Source of the DNA: an uncultured bacterium
Lineage (GTDB): Bacteria > Verrucomicrobiota > Kiritimatiellia > RFP12 > UBA1067
NCBI GenBank assembly: GCA_902788415.1
Contig: CADAKF010000001.1
Span: 9,592 to 73,591 of the forward strand
DNA length: 64,000 nt
Direction of reading: 5' to 3'
Made by a program: the position numbers and the translations under genes. Positions 27,082 to 36,879 of this stretch are shown here, in pieces. The notes below the pieces were generated by a model, which was given only the letters and a program-made list of their open reading frames with translations, was not told where the DNA came from and searched no databases. The first letter of the stretch is position 1; every line of letters begins with the position of its first letter.

Positions 27082-27099
27082 GCTGAAATTATACCATAA

Positions 27100-29151
27100 T
27101 TATGAACCCCGCGAGAGCAGTTCCCTGAGCCTCGCCTCATCGATGACTTCAGTACCGAGCTTGCGTGCCTTCTCGGTCTTCGTCGCACCCGTGTTCTCGC
27201 CGGCGATGAGATAGCGCGTCTTCGAGGTGACCGCGCTCTGCACGATGCCGCCCGCCGCCTCGATGAGTTTCGCGTATTCGCCGCGGGGCCGTGACAGGGT
27301 TCCCGTGAGGACGCAGCCCATGCCGACCAGCGGTCCCTCGGTCCTCACTTCCGCCGGCTTCTCGGACTTCGGATCAATCCCGAGTTCCGCCATCCGCGCC
27401 AGGAACCGCTTTCCGTACTCGCCCTCGAAGAACCCCAGCACCGCCTTCGCCGCCTCGACCTTGATCTGCAGAATCTGGCGATCCTTGCCCTTCTTCGCAT
27501 CATTCGCGATGACGTTCCGGAGCACCGCCGAATCGACAAGGTCGGACATCTTCCCGTGCTCCGCCGCAATGTCCTTCGCGACGGTCACGCCCACGTTCGG
27601 AATCCCCATCGCAAAGAGCCAGCGATGAAGCGGCAACGATCTCGCCGCCGCAAGCGCGTCCATCACAGTCTGCGCGTTCTTACCGAAGCGGCGCCCCGAA
27701 ATCTCCACGGCGTAGAGGTCAACGACCCGCATCGAAAAGAGGTCAAGCGGATCGGCGACCAGCTTCTGCCCGACGAGCGCGTCCACGACCGTCTCGCCAA
27801 GTGCACGGATGTCGAGCGCGTTGCGCGAGGCGAAATGCTCGATCCGTCGCGAGAGCTGCGCCGGACACGCCGGGTTCACGCACCGCATCGCGACCTCGCC
27901 CTCCGCACGGACAACTTCGCCGCCACAGACGGGACATGTCCGCGGCATTTCGAAAACCTTCTCCTCGCCCGTCCGCTTCTCGGGGATGACCGAATCAATC
28001 GCCGGAATGACGTCCCCCGCCTTCACCAGCCACACGTGGTCACCGACGCGGATGTCCTGCCGTGCGATCTGGTCCGCGTTATGCAGCGTCGCCCGCGCGA
28101 TGACGGACCCCGCAAGTTCCGTTGGCCTCAATTCCGCGACCGGCGTCAGGATCCCCGTTCGTCCCACCTGCACGGTGATTGACTCGACAACCGTCTCCGC
28201 CCGCTCCGGCGCGTACTTGTACGCCCGCGCCCACCTCGGCCCGTGCGCCGTCGTGCCGAGAACATCATAGAACCTGCGCTCGTTGATCTTGATGACCGCG
28301 CCGTCGATCTCGAAACGAAAAGAATGCCGCCGCTCCTGCAGGTCGTCGATCGCCGCAAAGACCTCGTCCATCGTCCCACACGACTTCGACCACGGCGCCA
28401 CCGGAAAGCCCCACGCGCGGAACGCCGCAATCATCTCCGAATGCGAAGCGAACCCGTCGCATCCGACACCGCCCGCGTTGTAGATAACAACATCCAGGGG
28501 ACGCTCCGCCGTCACTCTCGCGTCCTGCTGCTTCAAGGACCCCGCACAGGCATTGCGCGGATTCGCGAACTCCTCCAGCCCCGCGGCAGCCTGCCGCTTG
28601 TTAAGCTCCACGAACCCCTCGCGTGTCATGTACGCCTCACCGCGCACCTCTAGCGTCTTTGGCGCCGTCGGCGGCAGCACCTGGGGAATTGTCTTGATTG
28701 TCCGCGCATTCGCCGTAATGTCATCCCCTACGCGCCCATTCCCGCGCGTCGCCGCCCGGACGAGAATCCCGTTCTCGTAACGGAGCGACAGCGACACACC
28801 GTCGATCTTCGGCTCGACCATGTACGTGAAGCCGTCCGCCTCCTTGCGGACCATCGTGTCGAAGTCGGCGAGCTCCTCCTTCGAGTGCGTCTTGTCGAGG
28901 GACTGCATCGGCGGCTCGTGCGCGACCTTGGCGAAGCCCTCGCTGACGCCGCCCGCGACGTTCCTGACGGGCGAGTCAGCCGTCGCGAACTCGGGATTCT
29001 CCTTCTCGAGCCGGAGAAGCTCCGCCTCCCACATGTCATAGTCGCGATCGCCGACCGTCGGCTGCGCGAGGTCGTAGTAGTCGCGGTTGGCCTTCTCAAT
29101 AAGCCCCCGCAGTTCCGCAATGCGCTTCTCGATCGATGACTTGTCCGTCAT
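27100..29151 (-). CDS. ligA: NAD-dependent DNA ligase
   Basis: KIDGVSLSL adenylation motif (KxDG), four-Cys zinc finger, HhH and BRCT C-terminus. Confidence 0.95.
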   Translation of the reverse strand: MTDKSSIEKRIAELRGLIEKANRDYYDLAQPTVGDRDYDMWEAELLRLEKENPEFATADSPVRNVAGGVSEGFAKVAHEPPMQSLDKTHSKEELADFDTMVRKEADGFTYMVEPKIDGVSLSLRYENGILVRAATRGNGRVGDDITANARTIKTIPQVLPPTAPKTLEVRGEAYMTREGFVELNKRQAAAGLEEFANPRNACAGSLKQQDARVTAERPLDVVIYNAGGVGCDGFASHSEMIAAFRAWGFPVAPWSKSCGTMDEVFAAIDDLQERRHSFRFEIDGAVIKINERRFYDVLGTTAHGPRWARAYKYAPERAETVVESITVQVGRTGILTPVAELRPTELAGSVIARATLHNADQIARQDIRVGDHVWLVKAGDVIPAIDSVIPEKRTGEEKVFEMPRTCPVCGGEVVRAEGEVAMRCVNPACPAQLSRRIEHFASRNALDIRALGETVVDALVGQKLVADPLDLFSMRVVDLYAVEISGRRFGKNAQTVMDALAAARSLPLHRWLFAMGIPNVGVTVAKDIAAEHGKMSDLVDSAVLRNVIANDAKKGKDRQILQIKVEAAKAVLGFFEGEYGKRFLARMAELGIDPKSEKPAEVRTEGPLVGMGCVLTGTLSRPRGEYAKLIEAAGGIVQSAVTSKTRYLIAGENTGATKTEKARKLGTEVIDEARLRELLSRGS

Positions 29152-29837
29152 TCGCCTGCCTTCTTGTAACGAATAGTCCTCTTCTGCGACGCCGCCCCCT
29201 GTCGGCCGGAACCCGAATAGACGGTCTTCTTCGGCTTGCCGATGTTGACGGATTCCGCATGGCGCTTCGTCACTAGGACGGGACGCGTGTAACCCGCCCG
29301 ACTCAGCGTCGCCATCAGGAAGCGCGCCGGACGCAGGTCCTTCACGTCCGGATCCAGGAGAATGTGAATCGTCCGTTCATGCGGAACGTCAAAATCCTCA
29401 AGAATCTCCGGCACATCCTTCGGCTCGACGAACTCGTCGCCGAAAAGGACTCCCTGCGTCGAGACGCGGACGGACGGATGCGCCGCATCCAGTTCAACCG
29501 TGCGCGCCGTCGCGCACCCGCAGCAGTTGAGGAGCAGCATGTAGATGGCCGTACCGGCGACGATGCTCACGAGCGGATTCCGCTTCCAGACCTGCAACGC
29601 GATCGTCACGATTCCCGCAAGGTACGGCCACGGTGTCCGCCACGCGGACCCCGAATAGGAGTAGACGATGAGCCCCGCGATGATAACCGGCGAGATGAAG
29701 CCGCTCGTCCGGTCGATCCACGTCGGAATCCGCCGATCGCGTCCCCCGAACAGGACGAACGGCAGCGCCCTCAGCCCGAAGTTCACCGTGAACCCGACCG
29801 CAATCACGCCAAGCATGTACAAGATCTCATCGCCCAT
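29148..29837 (-). CDS. AzlD-family membrane domain fused to an ExbD/TolR-like C-terminal domain
   Basis: First about 105 aa are AzlD-like (4 short TMs); C-terminus TIHILLDPDVKDLRPARFLMATLSRAGYTRPVLVT resembles the ExbD periplasmic domain; ATGA overlap with ligA. Confidence 0.5.
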   Translation of the reverse strand: MGDEILYMLGVIAVGFTVNFGLRALPFVLFGGRDRRIPTWIDRTSGFISPVIIAGLIVYSYSGSAWRTPWPYLAGIVTIALQVWKRNPLVSIVAGTAIYMLLLNCCGCATARTVELDAAHPSVRVSTQGVLFGDEFVEPKDVPEILEDFDVPHERTIHILLDPDVKDLRPARFLMATLSRAGYTRPVLVTKRHAESVNIGKPKKTVYSGSGRQGAASQKRTIRYKKAGE

Positions 29838-30438
29838 GTGACAGGATCCCCCTCACCTGATCAGTAAGAATGACGATGAACAGCGCGGCCATCGAGAACT
29901 CCATGCCGTTCGTGTAGCGTCGGATTGCCTCCGGATCGACCGTCAACCCGAGAAGACAGACGACACTCGCGCCGACGGTGAGTCCGACAACCCAGTAGGA
30001 GTGGTTGAGAACGGAAAGACACGTGCAATAGCGGAGGTTTCGCCCGGGATCGCGGATGACGCACGAGGCCTCGAGCGCGTAGTTCTCATCCGTCAGCATC
30101 AGGATGAGATAGCACTTGCGCAGGAACGGCACATCCTTCCACCGCTTCAGGAGCGAAAACCCGTAGAGGCAGTAGCGGAAGTTCACCGCGAGCGTCATCA
30201 GCGCAAAAGCGTAAAGCGGCGCCCGCTCGGAGATCGGCTGCACGCCGGCGATGGACATCGTCCCCGTCACCCACAGGGCGGACGACAGGAGCGCCCAGAT
30301 CGGCGCCAGGACGACGTTCCCCTTCGCGGCCAGCAGGACGCCGGCGACGAAACCCATCGTCGAGTAGCCCATCAGCACCGGCAGCGAATCGACAAACGCC
30401 CGGCGAAAGAGAGCGCGGTTCTCCAAGGCGTTTTTCAC
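29827..30438 (-). CDS. azlC: AzlC-family branched-chain amino acid permease
   Basis: Polytopic protein with an AzlC-like sequence pattern, adjacent to the AzlD-like gene. Confidence 0.7.
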   Translation of the reverse strand: MKNALENRALFRRAFVDSLPVLMGYSTMGFVAGVLLAAKGNVVLAPIWALLSSALWVTGTMSIAGVQPISERAPLYAFALMTLAVNFRYCLYGFSLLKRWKDVPFLRKCYLILMLTDENYALEASCVIRDPGRNLRYCTCLSVLNHSYWVVGLTVGASVVCLLGLTVDPEAIRRYTNGMEFSMAALFIVILTDQVRGILSHGR

Positions 30439-30474
30439 AAGAGTGGGAGGTTTTTAGACATGAGACGGAAGACC

Positions 30475-31260
30475 TTAGACGTCAGACCTCGCGAGAAGCA
30501 GTTTCTCGACGCGCGCAGCGTCCTCTGGCGTGTCGACGCCGACCCCCTCGTCCGACGTCTTCACGACCGCGATCTTCGCGCCCATCCAGAGGGCCCTCAG
30601 CTGCTCGAGCTTCTCCGTCTTCTCAAGCGCGCACGGCGGCTCCTTGATGTACCGTTTCAGGAATCCGCCGCGGTACGCGTAGATTCCCAAATGCCTCACG
30701 TACAGTTCCCTGCTGTCGCACGCTTGCTGTTCCCCAAACGGCTCCCGGTCCCGGTCGCACGGAATCGGCGCACGCGAGAAGTAGAGCGCCCGGTCCTCGC
30801 GGTCCAGGACGACTTTCACGACCGTCTTCGCCGCCAGGTCTTCCGCCGTCCTGATCGGCGTCACGGCCGTCGCCATCTCAACGTCGCTCTCGGTGAGCTT
30901 CGCGACGAGTTCGTCGATGAGCTTCGGATCGATGAGCGGCTCGTCGCCCTGGATGTTGACGAGGATGTCATCGTCGCCGAAATCCCCGCCGAAACGGCTC
31001 CGCGCCGCGCAGGCGATGCGGTCCGTCCCGCTCGGCAACTCCGACGGCGTCATCACCGCCACGCCGCCGTGTTCCTCGACGGCCTTGACGATGCGCTCGT
31101 CGTCCGTCGCGACGAACACCTCGTCGAGCGACTTCGCCTTCTTCACCGCCTCGACGACCCATGCGACGAGGGGCTTGCCCGCCAGCATCGCAAGCGGTTT
31201 TCCCGGAAAACGACTCGATCCGAATCGGCTCGGAATGATTCCATACTTCTTCATAGGCAT
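30475..31260 (-). CDS. kdsB: 3-deoxy-manno-octulosonate cytidylyltransferase (CMP-KDO synthetase)
   Basis: MKKYGIIPSRFGSSRFPGKPLA; DRDREPFGE; LGIYAYRGGFLKRY. Confidence 0.9.
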   Translation of the reverse strand: MPMKKYGIIPSRFGSSRFPGKPLAMLAGKPLVAWVVEAVKKAKSLDEVFVATDDERIVKAVEEHGGVAVMTPSELPSGTDRIACAARSRFGGDFGDDDILVNIQGDEPLIDPKLIDELVAKLTESDVEMATAVTPIRTAEDLAAKTVVKVVLDREDRALYFSRAPIPCDRDREPFGEQQACDSRELYVRHLGIYAYRGGFLKRYIKEPPCALEKTEKLEQLRALWMGAKIAVVKTSDEGVGVDTPEDAARVEKLLLARSDV

Positions 31261-31270
31261 ATTATAGCAT

Positions 31271-32149
31271 TTAGCGGTTGAGCAAATAGATTAAACCGAC
31301 GGCCATGCGCTCGAAATACATGACGAACGCGAGGACCGGATGGCGGAGCAACCTCTTCCACTTGCCCCGCTCGACGAAGACGCCGAAAAACCGGTACACG
31401 AGCCCGAACTGCTTCTTGAGCGCCGGGTGCCCCCTCCACTTCGCCTGATACGCCGTCATTGACTTTGAATAGTAGGCCTTCTTCTCCAGCATCCGCTTCA
31501 AGGTCAGCTGCTTCTCGTTGTGAACGAGGTGATTCTTCAGGATTGCACACTTCGCCCCTGTCTCAAGAATGCGGATGTCGAGTTCCCAATCCTCGCCGCC
31601 CGCAATCAGGCTCTCGTCGTATCCGCCCGTCTTCTCCAAGATCGACTTATGGAAAAGGCGCAGCGCATCAATGCACGTCCCATCATAGAACGACCGCTCG
31701 AAGTTCCGCGCCTTCACACGGATCCCGCTCCCCGTACGGATTTCTGGAATCCAGTAGGCGAGAGGACTTGAAACTTTAGATGCCAGATCCGGCCTTCCGT
31801 CGTCCGTCTTCCGCCCAAGGTCCTGCCCCCTCCCCGCAATCCCCAACATCTCCTTGATCGTCTCTTGCGGCAAAATCATGTCCGCATCCAGCACGATTAC
31901 CCACTCCGCCTTCGCCATCTGCCAGCCGAGGTTGCGCTGGGCGCACCGTTCGGGACCCTTGTCGAGCACGGTCGCCCCAAGGTCCGCGGCAATTTTCTTC
32001 GTGTCGTCCGTCGACGCATTGTCGACAACGATGACCTCGACTTCGTCCCGGACCGCATCAAACGCATGGATGCAGTTCGCAATGTTCGCCGCTTCGTTGC
32101 GGGTCGTGATGACGACGGACAGTTTCATCGGGCAATCCCCACTTTCCAC
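31271..32149 (-). CDS. Family 2 glycosyltransferase
   Basis: MKLSVVITTRNEAANIANCI...VIVVDNASTDDT...VIVLDADM (DxD). Confidence 0.75.
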   Translation of the reverse strand: MESGDCPMKLSVVITTRNEAANIANCIHAFDAVRDEVEVIVVDNASTDDTKKIAADLGATVLDKGPERCAQRNLGWQMAKAEWVIVLDADMILPQETIKEMLGIAGRGQDLGRKTDDGRPDLASKVSSPLAYWIPEIRTGSGIRVKARNFERSFYDGTCIDALRLFHKSILEKTGGYDESLIAGGEDWELDIRILETGAKCAILKNHLVHNEKQLTLKRMLEKKAYYSKSMTAYQAKWRGHPALKKQFGLVYRFFGVFVERGKWKRLLRHPVLAFVMYFERMAVGLIYLLNR

Positions 32150-33228
32150 GGCAGCGCGAAATACGCCGCGTCGTTCCGGCCCTCATGCCGCACTTTCCAG
32201 TCCGGCATCGGCAGACAGGCCAGCGTCTGCCAGGCCATTAAGGGCAAAAGCACCTGCAGCGCAATGAGGGCGGCCAGGCGATTGGGCTGGAGCTCAATCC
32301 GCGAGGCCAGCAGGCAGGCGAAGAACAGCGTCGGCAGGAGAAAGGTTGCCTGGTCCGGGACGAAATAGCGGACGAAGAAAAGGAAATTGACGGCCAGAAG
32401 CGCCCAGACCCATCCGGACGCCCGATCCGCCGGCATCTTTCCCTCACGGCGGCTCCACCAGGCGACCGCCACCGGCGCAAAGAAGCTCATCGCCGCCAAC
32501 GCGAAGTTGAAGGAGGTCAGCACAAGATTTGACGGCAGGAATCCCGCGACTTTCGCCCCGTAGTCGCCAACCAGGACATCAGCCGCACCGCGCGTCGCGA
32601 ACGCCCACAGCCAGCCGCACGCGCCAAGTCCCCACAGCGCCGCGAGCGGAACGGACAACGCAAGCTGCCACCCACGCGCACGGCTGAAAAAGACAGCCGC
32701 ATACAAAGGCGCCGCAAGCAGCGCGAAATTGTGCACCTCGAGATGCACCCCGTTCAGCAGGACCAGCGCCGCGAACCAACGCCAGCGTCCGTCCGCAAGA
32801 AACTTCAGCAGCAGCAGCGTCTCAAAGGCCGTAAAGGCCAGGTTCATCGTCTGCACCTCGGCAAGACAGCTGTTCCACCACAGCATGTGCGAAAGCCCGA
32901 AGATGACCGAGAAGCCGAGACAACGCGTGCACAAGAAGAACCCGCCGACCGATAGGGCGCCGAAAAAGGACGACACGAGCGTCACCTGAAACGGCGTCGA
33001 CGCGACGAGACGGCAGAACGCGACGTACAGCGGATGGGCGTTCGAGAAATGCGGACCACAGATCCAGTCTGACCGATCCAGCACCCACGACTGGAATTCG
33101 GCCGAGTCACCCCAGCCAACGCCCCGCTGCGCCGTCAGCGCGTAAAGGACGGAAAAACCGACGACGAGCGCAAGAAACCGCTCAAGCGGACGGCTGCTGG
33201 ACAGGTACTGACGGATCTGCCGGAGCAA
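32125..33228 (-). CDS. Polytopic membrane protein, possibly a DUF2723/PMT-like glycosyltransferase
   Basis: At least 9 predicted TM helices; RGVGWGDSAEFQSW loop; no confident family. Confidence 0.4.
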   Translation of the reverse strand: MLRQIRQYLSSSRPLERFLALVVGFSVLYALTAQRGVGWGDSAEFQSWVLDRSDWICGPHFSNAHPLYVAFCRLVASTPFQVTLVSSFFGALSVGGFFLCTRCLGFSVIFGLSHMLWWNSCLAEVQTMNLAFTAFETLLLLKFLADGRWRWFAALVLLNGVHLEVHNFALLAAPLYAAVFFSRARGWQLALSVPLAALWGLGACGWLWAFATRGAADVLVGDYGAKVAGFLPSNLVLTSFNFALAAMSFFAPVAVAWWSRREGKMPADRASGWVWALLAVNFLFFVRYFVPDQATFLLPTLFFACLLASRIELQPNRLAALIALQVLLPLMAWQTLACLPMPDWKVRHEGRNDAAYFALPWKVGIAR

Positions 33229-34018
33229 TGGTCACTCCTCTCGTCGGGTTCTTCGCTTGAAACTCCCAGGCGAGCGCCTTGTAGGCCTGCGCGCCCTTGG
33301 AGCGCGAATCGAGAAAGACGACCGGAACGCCCATCGACGGCGCCTCGCTGACGCGCACGTTGCGCGGAATCAGCGTTTCGTAGACCTTCTCTCCGAAGTG
33401 GTTGCGAACCTCATTCATCACGTCAGTCGTCAGCTTCGCGGTGGAGTTGACCATCGTGAAAACGATGCCGTTCAGCTCAAGGTTCGGATTGACGCTCTGG
33501 CGAATGCGTTCGATCGAGCCCGTGATGAGGGCAAGTCCGTCCATCGCAAGATACTCAGCCTGAATGGGAATGAGGACCCCGTCCGTCGCCACGAGCGCCG
33601 AGGTCATCACAATGCCGAGGGACGGCGGACAGTCCAGTAGGATGTAGTCGAACGTCCCCGACTCCTTCACCGGCTGAAGCGCGTCCTTGATCATCGTGAG
33701 CCGGTCCTCGCGCGCACCGAACTCCAGCTCGGCCCCGGCGAGATCGACCTCGGACGGAATCACATTCAGGTTGTCCCACTTGGTTGGCTGAATCACATCC
33801 GCAATCGGCTTTTGCCCCGACAGCACCGCGTACATCGAAACGCCCTGTTGCTTCTCAAGCCCCAACCCGAGCGTCGCGTGCGCCTGGGGATCGAGATCCA
33901 CGACAAGCACGGCCCGCTTGCGCGCCGAAAGTGCCGCGGCAAGGTTCACGACGGTGGTGGTCTTTCCCACGCCGCCCTTCTGATTCGCAATCGCAATGAC
34001 CCTGGTCATCCTATTCAT
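33182..34018 (-). CDS. parA: ParA/Soj-family partition ATPase
   Basis: MNRMTRVIAIANQKGGVGKTTT deviant Walker A; no parB adjacent. Confidence 0.85.
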   Translation of the reverse strand: MNRMTRVIAIANQKGGVGKTTTVVNLAAALSARKRAVLVVDLDPQAHATLGLGLEKQQGVSMYAVLSGQKPIADVIQPTKWDNLNVIPSEVDLAGAELEFGAREDRLTMIKDALQPVKESGTFDYILLDCPPSLGIVMTSALVATDGVLIPIQAEYLAMDGLALITGSIERIRQSVNPNLELNGIVFTMVNSTAKLTTDVMNEVRNHFGEKVYETLIPRNVRVSEAPSMGVPVVFLDSRSKGAQAYKALAWEFQAKNPTRGVTIAPADPSVPVQQPSA

Positions 34019-34062
34019 GCCGTCACACCTCTTAATCTCTTTACCGCTTAACCTCTTAACCG

Positions 34063-34593
34063 CTAAAAGAGCTTCCCTCTCTGCTGCAGCTCCTTGATGT
34101 TCCCGCCCGCGCTGCGGTTCACCTCTCTCAACCACAGCTCCACCAGCGCGACATCCCACGGATCGTCCACGCACTGCACAACCGCGGCAAACTTGTCGTT
34201 CGAGGCGATCACCTCGTCCTTCACGCGCTCGGCGACAACCGAGAGACGGTCTGTCACAATCTGCTCGGAGAAGTTGTCGCTTTTGAGACTATAGCCATAT
34301 TGGAGAATTCGAAGGTTCTCTTCGTTCTCCTTCAGGAACTCGAGATAGGCCCGAGCCTCGTCCCCGAAGCCCTCCGTCTCGATGTCCGACACGTGAGGCG
34401 TGATGACAAGCGGCTGATGTGCCTCAAGGCGACCCTCGCGGACGCGCACCTTGCCCGGATGGTCGTCTAGCTCGGAGATGAGGTGATAGTTGACGAGCGT
34501 GCTTCCGAACGTCTCGAGGCGATGGCTGGGTTCCACGAGGAACCTCGCGCTCTTCGCGGCATACCACCGATCAAAATCCGGATTCGAACTCAT
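34063..34593 (-). CDS. Hypothetical protein
   Basis: 176-aa ORF with coding-like composition; no recognisable motif. Confidence 0.4.
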   Translation of the reverse strand: MSSNPDFDRWYAAKSARFLVEPSHRLETFGSTLVNYHLISELDDHPGKVRVREGRLEAHQPLVITPHVSDIETEGFGDEARAYLEFLKENEENLRILQYGYSLKSDNFSEQIVTDRLSVVAERVKDEVIASNDKFAAVVQCVDDPWDVALVELWLREVNRSAGGNIKELQQRGKLF

Positions 34594-34686
34594 GTCTATA
34601 GCTTTTAGCTTTTAGCGTTTAGCGTTTAGCTTTTGGGGGCGCGCTCGTCCATCCCGTCCAGCAAGCTCACCGCTAATCGCCAATAG

Positions 34687-35193
34687 CTAACAGCTTCCCT
34701 TCCCGCAGCACTTCTTGTACTTCTTACCGCTGCCGCACGGACACGGATCGTTCCGTCCGACCTTCGGCTCCTCGCGCACAATCGGCTTCTCGCCGACAAG
34801 CTCGCCGTCCGCAAACTTCCAGCCGTCGTCCTCCTTCACGAAGTTCGAGACCTCGTGATGGTTGCAGAACTCGCCATTGGCCGTATAGAGCGCACGAAAC
34901 TCCACCATGCCCTTCTTGTGACGCTTCGTGCCGCCCTCGGTCTTGACGATCTCAAGCCCGTGCCACTCGGCAGACTCGCTCCACGCCCTTGAGGCCTCCT
35001 CGTCGAATTCCTCCTGCACCGCCCGTGTGGCGCTCGTCTTCAGGAACGCGATGTTGCCGGTCACGTACGAGCTGTACCGCGCGCGCATCAGCGTCTCGGC
35101 GGTCTCCGCCTTCGCCGTCCCAGCGATGATCGGACCGCAGCATTCTCCAAAAGTCTTACCCGACTTACAGGGACAAAGTTCTTCGTTGTTCAT
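34687..35193 (-). CDS. ychJ: YchJ-family protein with N- and C-terminal SEC-C zinc motifs
   Basis: [14 protein letters not shown] at the N-terminus and [14 protein letters not shown] at the C-terminus. Confidence 0.8.
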   Translation of the reverse strand: MNNEELCPCKSGKTFGECCGPIIAGTAKAETAETLMRARYSSYVTGNIAFLKTSATRAVQEEFDEEASRAWSESAEWHGLEIVKTEGGTKRHKKGMVEFRALYTANGEFCNHHEVSNFVKEDDGWKFADGELVGEKPIVREEPKVGRNDPCPCGSGKKYKKCCGKGSC

Positions 35194-36838
35194 AATGTGC
35201 CTTGTATTTTACCAAAATCATCGACAGTATGAGAAGAGCAAAGGCAATCCCGAGCGGAATATCTCCCAACCAAACATAAACCGTCCACTGTTCACCTTCA
35301 CCTTTCACCTTCACCTTGTCAAACATCGTCCCCTCTTTGTCCACCAGCGGCCTCCCGTTCGGCCCGACCAGCCAGCTCGTCTTGCCGCCCGGCGCAATCG
35401 TCCCCGTGACGCCACTATTGCCGACACGCACCACCGGAAGCCCTGTCTCGATTGCCCGCGCGACCGCCTGCCACGCATGCTGCTCGGCCTCGACCGAGTG
35501 CGAAAACCAGCTGTCATTCGTGATGAAGAACAGAACCTTTGCACCCTTCTTCGCCAGCTCCCTCATTTGCGCCGAATCGGTGTCCTCAAAACAGATCGCC
35601 ACTCCCGCCTCAACGTGCTGTCGTACGCTTGCTGTCTCTCCCCCGATCCTCAGCGTCTTCAGCTCGCCCGCCGTACAGCTCCCGACCGGCGCAAGCTTCT
35701 GCAGCGCCGTAATCCACTTGTCGCCCGGAATGAATTCGCCGAACGGCACAAGATGCACCTTGTCGTAAACGTCTACCCTTGTTGTCGTACGCGTGTCATT
35801 CTCTTCCCCTGAATACAACGCAGCTGAGTTGAAGGTTTTCCCGTCTTCATACCGCGTTCCGCCCGCCAAGAGCGCCGCGCCGCCCGTCTTCTTCGCAACC
35901 CACTCGGCAAACCTCACCGCGCCCTGCTGGTCCACCGGCCCGAACTCGCACATCGCGCTCTCTGGCAAGACGACAAGATCGGGCCTCAGCATCGCCACAT
36001 TGTCCAACAACCTCTCGTAAATCTCAATCGGCCGCTCCTCCTGCGCTTTGAACACGCACGGAAAGTTCCGCTGCACCATCGCCACCTTCAAGCTCGCACC
36101 GTCCTGACAAGGCGCCGGCTCCAGCCGCGCCAAAGCATAAATCCCCCACACCACCCCGAACGCCAGCAATGTCTCAAGTGGCCCAAGACGCTTCAGATTG
36201 GCAAATCCGCTCCGCTCCGGCTTCCAAACCCTTTCGGCGATCCCCGCAATCGTCCCGTTGATGAGAACAACGACCGCCGAACAAAGGTACACGCCGCCAA
36301 GTGCCGCCGGCGCGCCGAACCCGCTGTTGACTGGCACCACCCCCAGCTGGTTCCACGCGAACCCGCCCAGGAACCGGCTCCGCACCAGCTCCAGCCCGCA
36401 CCACAACACCGGCTCGACAATCAAGATTCCCAACAATCTCCATCCATACCGGCCTCTGCGTCTCCGTGTCTCTGTGTTTAAATCGATCCCCTTCGCCCAG
36501 CGCCAATACTTCGCGCTCAGCCATCCGTACGCGGCAAAGTACGCCGCGCAATACGCCGCGAGCGCAAACCACCCCAAGACCACGAGCGGCCAGGGCCCGC
36601 CGTTCTTGACAATTGCCGGCATCCACGACAAGGTCGCAATCCAGTAGAAGACGCCGCTCTGGAACCAGCGCTTCGCGACGATTCCCGCGCTCACCTCGCG
36701 CCGTGAGAGCCACATCAGCGGCGCCAGCGCGAAAAGGCAGTCCATCCGCTCCCCCATCGGCGGATACGCCGCCCACAAGAGGAACCCCGGCAAATACCAG
36801 AGAAACGGCTTGAGCTTCTTATAAAGTTCCGTGAACAT
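35165..36838 (-). CDS. lnt: Apolipoprotein N-acyltransferase, with at least four in-frame repeat insertions
   Basis: N-terminal TM bundle plus CN-hydrolase domain ([10 protein letters not shown]..., VAICFEDTD). Confidence 0.85.
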   Translation of the reverse strand: MFTELYKKLKPFLWYLPGFLLWAAYPPMGERMDCLFALAPLMWLSRREVSAGIVAKRWFQSGVFYWIATLSWMPAIVKNGGPWPLVVLGWFALAAYCAAYFAAYGWLSAKYWRWAKGIDLNTETRRRRGRYGWRLLGILIVEPVLWCGLELVRSRFLGGFAWNQLGVVPVNSGFGAPAALGGVYLCSAVVVLINGTIAGIAERVWKPERSGFANLKRLGPLETLLAFGVVWGIYALARLEPAPCQDGASLKVAMVQRNFPCVFKAQEERPIEIYERLLDNVAMLRPDLVVLPESAMCEFGPVDQQGAVRFAEWVAKKTGGAALLAGGTRYEDGKTFNSAALYSGEENDTRTTTRVDVYDKVHLVPFGEFIPGDKWITALQKLAPVGSCTAGELKTLRIGGETASVRQHVEAGVAICFEDTDSAQMRELAKKGAKVLFFITNDSWFSHSVEAEQHAWQAVARAIETGLPVVRVGNSGVTGTIAPGGKTSWLVGPNGRPLVDKEGTMFDKVKVKGEGEQWTVYVWLGDIPLGIAFALLILSMILVKYKAHYEQRRTLSL

Positions 36839-36879
36839 GCCCGTCTGAGGTCTGAATGTCTTTCGTCTCCGCTAAAGTC

